Positions 49,188 to 57,058 of a stretch of DNA of 64,000 bases are shown here, in pieces. Within the stretch, counting starts at the first letter, position 1. Each line of letters opens with the position of its first letter. This stretch comes from a virus, in IMG/VR virus record IMGVR_UViG_3300038443_001768; one strand, written 5' to 3'. The notes under the pieces are model-generated. The model had not been told where the DNA came from, made no database searches, and saw only the letters and a list, made by a program, of their open reading frames with translations. The position numbers were made by a program, and so were the translations under genes.

Positions 49188-49260
49188 TGGTCGATGCAGG
49201 TCTCGAACCTGCGACCTCATGCGTGTCGAGCATGCGCTCTACCAACTGAGCTAATCGACC
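49188..49260 (-). tRNA. tRNA-Val(GAC)
   Basis: Cloverleaf; loop TCGACAC (C33). Confidence 0.88.
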
Positions 49261-49274
49261 AAGGTACTACTAAG

Positions 49275-49347
49275 CTCCGCCGCCAGGATTCGAACCCGGA
49301 ACTCTCGGGTAACAACCGAGCACGTTCTCCGTTTACGCCACAGCGGA
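49275..49347 (-). tRNA. tRNA-Asn(GUU)
   Basis: Cloverleaf; loop TTGTTAC. Confidence 0.9.
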
Positions 49348-49352
49348 TCGTA

Positions 49353-49425
49353 TTGCAGGCCTAGGATTCGAACCCAGACTTCACGGCTTCAGAGGCCGGC
49401 GGGCTGCCAGTTACACCAGCCTGCA
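49353..49425 (-). tRNA. tRNA-Gln(CUG)
   Basis: U1-A72; loop CTCTGAA. Confidence 0.88.
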
Positions 49426-49429
49426 TTGA

Positions 49430-49501
49430 ATGCGGGACTCGGGTTCGAACCGAGCCGATGAGCTTCAAAGGCTCACGTGCTGCCAGCTACACCATCCCGC
49501 A
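49430..49501 (-). tRNA. tRNA-Gln(UUG)
   Basis: U1-A72; loop CTTTGAA. Confidence 0.88.
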
Positions 49502-49515
49502 GAGGAAGGAAAACA

Positions 49516-49537
49516 ACTCTAGCATAGTCTCGTGACA
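49516..49537 (-). promoter_or_regulatory. Promoter of tRNA array 1
   Basis: TGTCA-N8-TGCTAGAGT; same motif precedes arrays 2 and 3. Confidence 0.6.
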
Positions 49538-49539
49538 AG

Positions 49540-49970
49540 CGTGGGCCGGACAGCGATGAACGCCGCCCGGCCCACTACCCGGAGAACCATGACCACCAAC
49601 TGCTCCTGTCGCGAAACCTGCGTGCGACAAGCCTGCACTGCCGGACCGGAGAGGAGCGCCGACGACCTAGCGCTCAACTCTCCGGCCCATAAGCCCTTTC
49701 GGGGAGAGGAGGGACTCCACCCTCAACGTCACGACCCGGCGTGGGCAGCCGTTCGGTGATAGCCAATACCACCCAGGTCGATCCGTGCTCATCGACGGGC
49801 CGCCAAGCCCAACACATCGCTGACTCGGAGTGGCTGCTCCTGTCCACCGCTACGACTCCCAGGCTGATGACCCTGTCGTGCAGCTTTTCCCGACGCTTCG
49901 ATGACACTTTAGCCGCGTGCTGCTACGGCTTGTTCGGTCACTCTCTGCCGCACTGGCCGGTGCGGCGTTG
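49540..49970 (-). ncRNA. Candidate large (~430 nt) structured ncRNA
   Basis: Continuous GC-rich hairpins, no convincing ORF, upstream TTGACA/extended -10 promoter (49976-50006), strong 3' hairpin. Confidence 0.55.
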
Positions 49971-50020
49971 AAGGAACTGTAGCACATGTCGAGGGGTGTG
50001 TGTCAAGGCCGAGACGGAAA

Positions 50021-50708
50021 TCAATCTGCGCGCCCGTCGTTCAAGGCGTCGATCCGCGCCTGCGCGTCTTCAATGTCCTCCGCGCACGTCGGCCCGATCC
50101 ACTTGCCTTCCCGCGAGTCGTAGACCTCGCAGCCAGGAGGACCGTGCAGGCAAGCGACGATCGCGGCGTCCTGATCGTCGTAGCCGGTCTCCATGCCCAG
50201 CGCGAACATCCCGGCGCAGCCGACGCGGTAGCGGCTCATCGCCATCCATCCGGCCTGCTCTTTTCGGTCAACGTGGCGATCCCGACGCGCCCCCGCCAGC
50301 GCTTGTCGTCGGCATGGGGGTCGCGGAACTCGTTGCCGCTCAGCGCGCCGTGCAGCGCGTTCCTGACGCCGTGCGCCGGACGGCCTGCGAGCAGGTCGGA
50401 CCGCGCCGTATCGAGCAGATGCAGAAGATCGCGCTGCGCCGCGGTCATCGCTCCGGCGCTCCTTTCTGGCCCATCTCGGCGATCTGCGCGAGCGCTTCCA
50501 CGACCTCGCGCCAGTCGTCGCCCGGCACGCAAGCGAGCCGTGTGCCTTCGAGGTGGTCCACAATCAGATCGGGGACACCGGCCGCGCGCATCCGGCGCTG
50601 GGCGTAGTCGATGCGGTTCCACGCAGCCCCGAGCGCGTCGTAGGCGTGCTTCACGTCGGCCTGGAGATCGTCGATCGACGGGCGCCCGTTTAGTTCTGAA
50701 TTCGTCAT
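50021..50708 (-). other. Three small hypothetical genes (approx. 50021-50239, 50236-50448, 50445-50708)
   Basis: ATGA-coupled ORFs diverging from the CCA-enzyme gene. Confidence 0.55.
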
Positions 50709-50768
50709 GCCGCTAGTATGGCAGCTTCGGGCGTTGCAGTCCAGAGGACGACGTGGTACGCTCCCTCA

Positions 50769-52190
50769 ATGACCAACGTACGCGCGGCGGACGCCCTGAT
50801 GGCGGATATCTTCGGAAAGGACGCGTATCGCGTCGGCGGCAGCGTGCGTGACGAAGTTCTCGGCCGCCACATCAAGGACGCCGACTATGTCGTTCAGCAC
50901 CACACGCTGGACGCGATCAAGCGAAAGCTTCGTCGCGGCTTCGAGCATCGCGGTCAGGTCGCGATCACGAAGCTCGAACTCCGTACCGGACAACACGCCG
51001 GATGGCGCGTCGGCGCGCCTTGGAACATCGAGATCATGATGCCGCGAGGCGAGCAGAAGGTCGAGACCGACGAGGGTAACGAGCGGCACAAGTTCATCAT
51101 CACGCTCGACCCCGACATGCCTCTGGAGGTCGACGCTCTGCGGCGCGACTTCACAATGAACGCCCTGTATCGAAACGTCGTCACCGGAGAGATTGACGAC
51201 CCTCTGGGCGGCGTCGCGGCGATCGAGGACGGTGAGGTCACGACGACGGATGCGTCGTCGTTCCGCGACGACCCTCTGCGCACGCTGCGCGCTCTGCGCT
51301 TCGTGTCGCAACTTGGCTTCGATCTCGACGACGACACGTATGGACAGATGTTCGTGCACGCGAAGTCTGTCGATGGGCTCACCGACAAGGGTGTCTCTGG
51401 AACTGCGTTCGACGAACTCTGCAAGATCCTGATGGGCCGACACGTCGCGAAGGCGCTGCGGCTCGCGAGGGATTCACGGGTTCTGGAGTCGCTGCTGCCG
51501 GAGCTTGCTCCGATGCTGGGTCACGACCCGCAGAACTCGCACCATGCGTTCTCAACCGACGAGCACACCTTCGTCGCCCTCGACGTTGCGGCCGGCTTCG
51601 GGCTGCCGCTGAGGGTGCGTCTCGCGCTGCTCTTCCACGACGCGGGCAAGCCGCTCGTCGAGTGGGTCGGAAAGGACGGCATGAAGCACTACTTCGAATC
51701 CAAGGATCAGCCAGGATCGATCGATCACCAGGAGGCGTCGGCGGAGTTGTGGCTCGCCGTCGCGGACCGCCTGAACGTACCGCGTTCACTGCGGCGCGAT
51801 GTCGAGACGTTGATCCGGCGTCACATGGTACCGCTGACGCTACGTCTGAAGCCGGCGAAGGTCCGCAAGTGGCGATGCGAGCTTGGCGACGACCTGCTCG
51901 CAGACCTGCTGCGGCACCGGCTCTGCGATGTCATGGCCAAGGGCGTCATCGACTACGAGGCCATGCGCGCAGTGAATCGCATGGAGGAGATCCGCGAGGA
52001 CGCCGTCCGCGACGGGGTGCCTGTGACGGTTCGCGACCTCCCCGTCTCGGGCGGAGACATCGCCGCTATGGGCGTCAGCGGCCCTCGGATCGGTGAGATT
52101 CAGCGGCAGCTTCTCCACGAGGCGGTTTCGCAGCCCTCCAACAACACACGAGACCGCATGTACATGCGGGCGCTGAAGCTGGCTGCGTGA
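50769..52190 (+). CDS. cca: CCA-adding tRNA nucleotidyltransferase with HD domain
   Basis: YRVGGSVRDEVLG..IKDADY, DALRRDFTMNAL, FRDDPLRTLRALRF, Q..HH....EHT, LFHDAGKP; leaderless ATG after TTGCAG-17-TACGCT. Confidence 0.93.
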   Translation: MTNVRAADALMADIFGKDAYRVGGSVRDEVLGRHIKDADYVVQHHTLDAIKRKLRRGFEHRGQVAITKLELRTGQHAGWRVGAPWNIEIMMPRGEQKVETDEGNERHKFIITLDPDMPLEVDALRRDFTMNALYRNVVTGEIDDPLGGVAAIEDGEVTTTDASSFRDDPLRTLRALRFVSQLGFDLDDDTYGQMFVHAKSVDGLTDKGVSGTAFDELCKILMGRHVAKALRLARDSRVLESLLPELAPMLGHDPQNSHHAFSTDEHTFVALDVAAGFGLPLRVRLALLFHDAGKPLVEWVGKDGMKHYFESKDQPGSIDHQEASAELWLAVADRLNVPRSLRRDVETLIRRHMVPLTLRLKPAKVRKWRCELGDDLLADLLRHRLCDVMAKGVIDYEAMRAVNRMEEIREDAVRDGVPVTVRDLPVSGGDIAAMGVSGPRIGEIQRQLLHEAVSQPSNNTRDRMYMRALKLAA

Positions 52191-52597
52191 CCACCGAGCT
52201 TCTTAGCGGCGACAGGTCTGCTGTTGAGGAGGCGGCGCGGAACATAGAACAAGCCGCGCGCAACCGTTTCGATGCTGGACATGTCTACATGCTTGAGTCG
52301 TCATCAGACAGAGCATATAAAGTCGGATACTCGGTCTCACCGATTGACAGACTCTACGCAATACGCAAGCAGGCCAACGATAAGTCAATCTCCTATGTGG
52401 GCTCGATTAGGGGGGCTCTTCGTCTCGACGAATATGCGATCCACCGAGAACTTGACGAGCTTGGATTGCGCTGGAGCGGCCGCTATTTAGGCACGTTCGA
52501 GTGGTTTCATGCGACGGCGGAGCTTGATGTTTTGGCTGACGTGCTTCGCGGTCTGTCCATCGAACGTAGAAACGCGCGAGGCTTCAGCTACTCTTGA
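52187..52597 (+). CDS. GIY-YIG-like (T5orf172/Mug113) nuclease domain protein
   Basis: GHVYML...YKVGYS..P.DRL, E..IH..L, EWF motifs. Confidence 0.75.
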   Translation: MTTELLSGDRSAVEEAARNIEQAARNRFDAGHVYMLESSSDRAYKVGYSVSPIDRLYAIRKQANDKSISYVGSIRGALRLDEYAIHRELDELGLRWSGRYLGTFEWFHATAELDVLADVLRGLSIERRNARGFSYS

Positions 52598-52622
52598 CAG
52601 CGGTAGCCGGCTTCGCTAGCGT
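52594..52622 (+). promoter_or_regulatory. SigA-type promoter
   Basis: TTGACA-17nt-TAGCGT. Confidence 0.6.
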
Positions 52623-52667
52623 TGCCTTCGCATACTCATCCATCCGAAAGAAGGTTATCCCCTGTCT

Positions 52668-53333
52668 GTGATTGAGGCCAGCGCTGTCTACGGGCAGCGA
52701 CCCATCAACTTCGGAGTCTGGCCACTGGACTGGTCAGAGTACATGCATTACCTGTACTTGCCGGTCGTGATGCCAGGACATCGCGGCGTACGGCTGCCTG
52801 AGCGGTTGCAGTTTCTACGACCGATCGTCGACCTCGTCTGCGCACAGGAAGACATCGCTGTTAGTCTGCCTGACTACTATGTCTATGTGACTGCGCGGCG
52901 GGGCTGGGCGTCGCCCGACAACCCGCTCAACCGGCCCGGCTGGCACTCAGACGGCTTCGGAACCAACGACGTCAACTACATCTGGGCCGATCGCTTTCCG
53001 ACACGCTTCGCGATCCAGGAGTTCGTCGACATCAGCGACAACCACGTCGACTCTCTGCGCCAGTTCGAGGAGCAGAGCGACGAGGACTCGGTCGTCGTCT
53101 ACCCAGACTGCTCGTTGCTGCGGCTCGATCCTGAGGTCATCCACGCGACGCCGGTGGTTCCGCCGCCGGGAGGCGAGCGTAGCTTCTTCAAGATCAGCGT
53201 CTCGTCTGAGCGATACAACTTGGCCGGCAACAGCCACAACTATCTCTTCGACTACGAGTGGCGGATGTGGTCGCGATCAGAGATCCGCAATGACCCCAAC
53301 TACGCTGGCGGCGATGCCGGCCCGCAGTCATGA
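52668..53333 (+). CDS. Putative 2OG-Fe(II) dioxygenase-fold protein
   Basis: RPGWHSDG (HxD), distal VIHATP (H) and RSFFKISVS (R) of the DSBH fold. Confidence 0.65.
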   Translation: MIEASAVYGQRPINFGVWPLDWSEYMHYLYLPVVMPGHRGVRLPERLQFLRPIVDLVCAQEDIAVSLPDYYVYVTARRGWASPDNPLNRPGWHSDGFGTNDVNYIWADRFPTRFAIQEFVDISDNHVDSLRQFEEQSDEDSVVVYPDCSLLRLDPEVIHATPVVPPPGGERSFFKISVSSERYNLAGNSHNYLFDYEWRMWSRSEIRNDPNYAGGDAGPQS

Positions 53334-53505
53334 TCGACGCAGACTTTGAGGGCGAGCGACTGCTCATCGACCTTCTCGAACGCTACGAGTCCGACACTGG
53401 CCGTCAATTGCTGGAAGAGGACTATGAGAGCGTCATCATGACGCACGCATTCGAGGCCGCCAGTCTCGTCGAAAGCGTCTACAGCGAACTAGCAAAGCTT
53501 CCCAC

Positions 53506-54506
53506 ATGAGCGACGACCTAAGGAAGTTCGTCGAGGTCATGGGAGGCGTCCGTTGTATCTGTGGGCACCTACTGCGCCGGCATCGCCGACCAGACCCGAG
53601 CTTCAAGGTCGGCGCGCTGGTCGAGAAGTGCGGCGCGTGCTGGGACTGCGAATGCAAGGGCGAGGTAGGACTTCCCGATGGAGGCGAGGTATGACACTAC
53701 GCGAGGGCCGTCACCATCAGTGGCGCGTGTTCTTCACGGCCGCCGACGAGGACATGGTTGGCGTCCAGTGGCGCGACGAACCAATCTCAGATGACGAACT
53801 CGCTGAGTGGCGACATCAGTTCGTTTGCGACGTTTGGGTTGAGCGGCGCGAAATCATCTGCGGCCCTCCAGTGAGGCTTGATCGATGACGGTATGGGAGT
53901 TCTGGACCTGCGATTGGTGCAACCAGGACAACAGCGGACGCGAGCCACTCTACGAGGACCTAGCAGACGATGAAGGCTGGGTTCAGGTTGATAAGCACGA
54001 GATGAGGGACAACGGTAGCGGGGCGCTTTGGTCGTCTCACGTCGATGAGCACTTTTGTGCAAAATGTCTCACTGATCCAGAACTGTTCGAATATATCGAC
54101 AGCGAGCAATTTAGGCCTGTCTATGGCCGGGACGAAGATCGCCTCAACGCGGCGAGGGCCGCGCTGTGAGGCTGCGCGGCGTGGCGCTGTGGAGATGGAA
54201 GGCGGCGTGTCGCCTCTACCGAATCGGATGCACGGTCGGCGGTAACCATCGCTGGCCCGATCAGTTAGGCCTGGAGTTCGATGAGGTCTGGCGCGAGCAC
54301 TACTGTCCGCACTGCGGGTGGATGCCGTGAGCGTCGGTGACAACCTCGCCCGCTGGAAGGCGTTGCCGACCTGCGCGACCTGGCGCGTCTTCAGTGAGCG
54401 CTGGGGAACCGTGGACTCGATACATGTCGACCATCGCGACGCCCAGAGGCGCGCCGATGAACTCAATCAAGCGGAGGCGCTGAAGCAAGCTCACGGGGAA
54501 CTGTGA
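53506..54506 (+). other. Small hypothetical genes (53506-53694, 53691-53888, 53885-54169, 54318-54506)
   Basis: Coupled ORFs, several with CxxC. Confidence 0.5.
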
Positions 54507-54608
54507 TAGGCTTCCGCGCTCAATCCACAACAAAGGAGGTTATCCACCGGCCTAGGCCGGACCGCTGAGGAAGCGTAAGGGTCCGGAGAGTAGGCCGAGG
54601 GAGATGTT

Positions 54609-55007
54609 ATGCGGAGTACGATCCTGGGGCTCTTGGCCGCCCTCTCACTGGGAGGCCCTTCGGCCTCTGCTCAGGACCACCAGTCCTGCCACACCAAGTC
54701 TTGCACGTTGCGTGTGGAGATGAAGTTCTACAAGAAGCATCCGATGCCCTGGTGCACGTGGGGACCTGAGAGTCCAGGCCATCCTGAGTGGTCGCCGGCC
54801 CGTTACCGTGTCTGGAACACCAGCGGTAGCTCGCCAGAGCGCGCCAGCGGCAAGTTTCAGATCATCGGCCCTACTTGGCGCGCCTACGGAGGTCAGCGTA
54901 TCTCAGGTCGCCGACACGCGGCGGAGGCTGCGCCGGTCTATCAGGAGCGCATCGCGCGAAGTATCGCGCGCGCGAGGCCGTCGCTCTCAGACTGGGTAAA
55001 TTGTTGA
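54609..55007 (+). CDS. Secreted Rpf-like lytic transglycosylase
   Basis: Signal peptide (ASA-Q), C...ES, ASGKFQIIGPTWRAYGG, A.A...QERIA, C-terminal W..C. Confidence 0.8.
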   Translation: MRSTILGLLAALSLGGPSASAQDHQSCHTKSCTLRVEMKFYKKHPMPWCTWGPESPGHPEWSPARYRVWNTSGSSPERASGKFQIIGPTWRAYGGQRISGRRHAAEAAPVYQERIARSIARARPSLSDWVNC

Positions 55008-55021
55008 CCTGAAGAACGACG

Positions 55022-55045
55022 AAAGGCCGCCCTCGGGCGGCCTTT
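55022..55045. terminator. Bidirectional terminator
   Basis: AAAGGCCGCCC...GGGCGGCCTTT. Confidence 0.75.
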
Positions 55046-55051
55046 GTTGTA

Positions 55052-55136
55052 CGGAGAGACAGGGATTCGAACCCTGGAAGGTGTGACCCTTACGCGCTTT
55101 CCAGGCGCGCCCATTCGGCCTCTCTGGCACCTCTCC
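55052..55136 (-). tRNA. tRNA-Ser(GGA)
   Basis: Long variable arm; loop CTGGAAA. Confidence 0.92.
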
Positions 55137-55139
55137 TGA

Positions 55140-55211
55140 AGTCGCGGAGCGGAATCGAACCGCTGTAAACGGGGTTGCAGCCCGTTGCCTAAGCCACTCG
55201 GCCACCGCGAC
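55140..55211 (-). tRNA. tRNA-Cys(GCA)
   Basis: Loop CTGCAAC; U73. Confidence 0.92.
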
Positions 55212-55215
55212 GGAG

Positions 55216-55302
55216 CGGAGAGACAGGGATTCGAACCCTGGAGGCTTTGACACCTACTCGGCTAGCAACCGAGCGCATTCGGCCGGACTCTGCCACCTCT
55301 CC
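55216..55302 (-). tRNA. tRNA-Ser(GCU)
   Basis: Long variable arm; loop TTGCTAG. Confidence 0.92.
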
Positions 55303-55342
55303 TGGCACCCGATCGCGGCCACGTGGACGGCGTCGGGCTGAG

Positions 55343-55426
55343 CGGAAGCAGAGGGATTCGAACCCCCGACGGTGGTTAGCCGCAGCCGCTTTCAAGGCGG
55401 TGTCCTCGACCAGCCGGACTACTTCC
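55343..55426 (-). tRNA. tRNA-Ser(UGA)
   Basis: Long variable arm; loop CTTGAAA. Confidence 0.9.
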
Positions 55427-55431
55427 GTGAG

Positions 55432-55518
55432 CGGATGGTAGAGGATTCGAACCTCTGAGGGTGTTACCCCTACTCGCTTTCGAGGCGAGCGCATTCAACC
55501 AGGCTCTGCCAACCATCC
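55432..55518 (-). tRNA. tRNA-Ser(CGA)
   Basis: Long variable arm; loop CTCGAAA. Confidence 0.92.
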
Positions 55519-55522
55519 GAAA

Positions 55523-55604
55523 TGACGCGCCAAGGACTCGAACCTTGAATGCCGTGAGGCGGCCGGGTTACAGCCGGCTGGGTGCTCCCGCTCCCACACG
55601 CGCC
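55523..55604 (-). tRNA. tRNA-Tyr(GUA)
   Basis: Long variable arm; loop CTGTAAC. Confidence 0.88.
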
Positions 55605-55614
55605 GAGACAGTCA

Positions 55615-55636
55615 ACTGTAGCAGATCTACGCGACA
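55615..55636 (-). promoter_or_regulatory. Promoter of tRNA array 2
   Basis: TGTCG-N8-TGCTACAGT. Confidence 0.6.
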
Positions 55637-56157
55637 AGCGAGCAGACGCCTGTGTCTGGCTCTACGACCTCGATCTCAAAGGTGTTCAGATGCGGAGTCG
55701 CGCGAGCCTCTGCCTCCTCGCGGGCCACGCGCGCCGCTACCTGCTCGGCCGTCTCAGGAATCGGCCAGTTGCCGTTCTCGTCCTTGAGAGCGGTTAGGTC
55801 TTCGCCCAACTGCTCCAACATGAAGAACAATAGCGGTGTATGCGCCTTCTTCTGATTGCAGTCGAAACATGAGCCTGATCGATTTGTCCACGAGCCCTTT
55901 GATCCACCTAGCGCCTTCGGCTGGACGTGGTCAACGGTAGTTCCGCGCAGGCACGCGCAGTATGCACATGGGTCGCGACGGATGATGTGGTCCCAAACGG
56001 CGCGAGATGCGTGCGGCCGGCGCAGTAGGCCGCCAAGACGCGCTCCGGATGGGACGCGAGCGTGGATTAGCTCGTCACCGCACGCAGGGCAAGACTTACC
56101 GCGGAGTTCCGCAGTGAAGCCGGCCTTGCACGAGGAGCACCAGATTAGCTGTGCCAC
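55627..56157 (-). CDS. HNH endonuclease
   Basis: RRDPCAYC...TVDHVQPKALGG...N....CFDCNQKK, plus N-terminal Zn ribbon. Confidence 0.85.
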   Translation of the reverse strand: MAQLIWCSSCKAGFTAELRGKSCPACGDELIHARVPSGARLGGLLRRPHASRAVWDHIIRRDPCAYCACLRGTTVDHVQPKALGGSKGSWTNRSGSCFDCNQKKAHTPLLFFMLEQLGEDLTALKDENGNWPIPETAEQVAARVAREEAEARATPHLNTFEIEVVEPDTGVCSLVA

Positions 56158-56177
56158 CCATGCAGTGTACCAGTTCG

Positions 56178-56525
56178 TTACCCGAGGTCGGTGACGATCT
56201 TGACGGTGAGGTAGCTGTCGGCCGGGAAGGTCTGAATCTTCGACCCCGGCCAGGTGACCTCGATTTCAACGTTGTAGTCGCCTTCGATGTTTGTGTCACC
56301 GGAGATCCACGTGTACTCGACCACGCCGTTTGCGGCATCAAAGACAGTCGCCGCGGCGGCGACCTTAGGTCCTCCCGTCGTCGATGTCTTCAGCCGCATG
56401 ATGAACTTGACCGAGGTGATTCCGGACAGATCTACCGGCGTCGTGACCAACGTCTCAGGATCTGTTTGCAGCAACTGTGCGCGGTATGTGGGCAACAGGT
56501 CGTTGCGCTTCATCGTAAACGACAC
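56178..56525 (-). CDS. BppU-N-like virion protein (paralog of 56705-57037)
   Basis: KRND..P.Y...L, PVDLSG, NGVVEY.W..GDT...GDY..E.EV.W....QTFP. Confidence 0.65.
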   Translation of the reverse strand: MSFTMKRNDLLPTYRAQLLQTDPETLVTTPVDLSGITSVKFIMRLKTSTTGGPKVAAAATVFDAANGVVEYTWISGDTNIEGDYNVEIEVTWPGSKIQTFPADSYLTVKIVTDLG

Positions 56526-56705
56526 TTAGTACTCCTGGGCTGAATAGGTCTTAGGTGTATGCTCCGACGCACCAAAAGATGGACGTGCGTTCTCTACAGC
56601 GGTCACCCCAATCACCGACGGGAACTCGACCATAGTTGGGTCGATCACAGGATTCAGGATCGCATCGAGCGCGTCAATGTATTCGATGGCTTGGTCGTTC
56701 AGCAT
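56526..56705 (-). CDS. Small hypothetical protein (59 aa)
   Basis: ORF filling the gap between the two paralogs, with abutting start/stop codons. Confidence 0.5.
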   Translation of the reverse strand: MLNDQAIEYIDALDAILNPVIDPTMVEFPSVIGVTAVENARPSFGASEHTPKTYSAQEY

Positions 56706-57037
56706 TAGGCTAGATCGTTGACGATCTTACAGGTGAAGTAGCCGTACGAGGGGAATGTTTGCGGTTCGTCGCCCCACATGACCTCAAATTCAACATTGAA
56801 ATCTCCCGCAGTGGCTGTGTCCCCGTCAGCCCATGCGTATTCGACGATCCCATTGACTGGGTCTACGAAATCGGCGGCCGAGTTCACTACTACTACGCCG
56901 CTCTTTCCGGTCATGATGAAGCGAACAGACGACGCGCCTGAAAGATCTACCGGGACCTGGATTCCAGTAGAGGGGTCGCTCTGTGTGAGCTTGACCCGAT
57001 AGCGCGGACGGCGGTCGTGTCGCTTGATGACGAACAT
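56705..57037 (-). CDS. BppU-N-like virion protein
   Basis: Same motif set as 56178-56525. Confidence 0.65.
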   Translation of the reverse strand: MFVIKRHDRRPRYRVKLTQSDPSTGIQVPVDLSGASSVRFIMTGKSGVVVVNSAADFVDPVNGIVEYAWADGDTATAGDFNVEFEVMWGDEPQTFPSYGYFTCKIVNDLA

Positions 57038-57058
57038 TACTAATGAGTGTACAGCGCG

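Noticed and set aside
49540-49970. tmRNA or RNase P RNA identity for the large structured region
   Set aside because: No tmRNA acceptor/T-arm ends. The RNase P signatures GAGGAAAGUC (bulged U) and ACAGAA..GGCUUA are not properly present, only a loose P4-like pairing
54513-54608. c-di-AMP (ydaO) riboswitch upstream of the Rpf-like gene
   Set aside because: Lacks the GCUGAAUCC, GGGGGAACC and UCAGCUAAC conserved blocks and is too short
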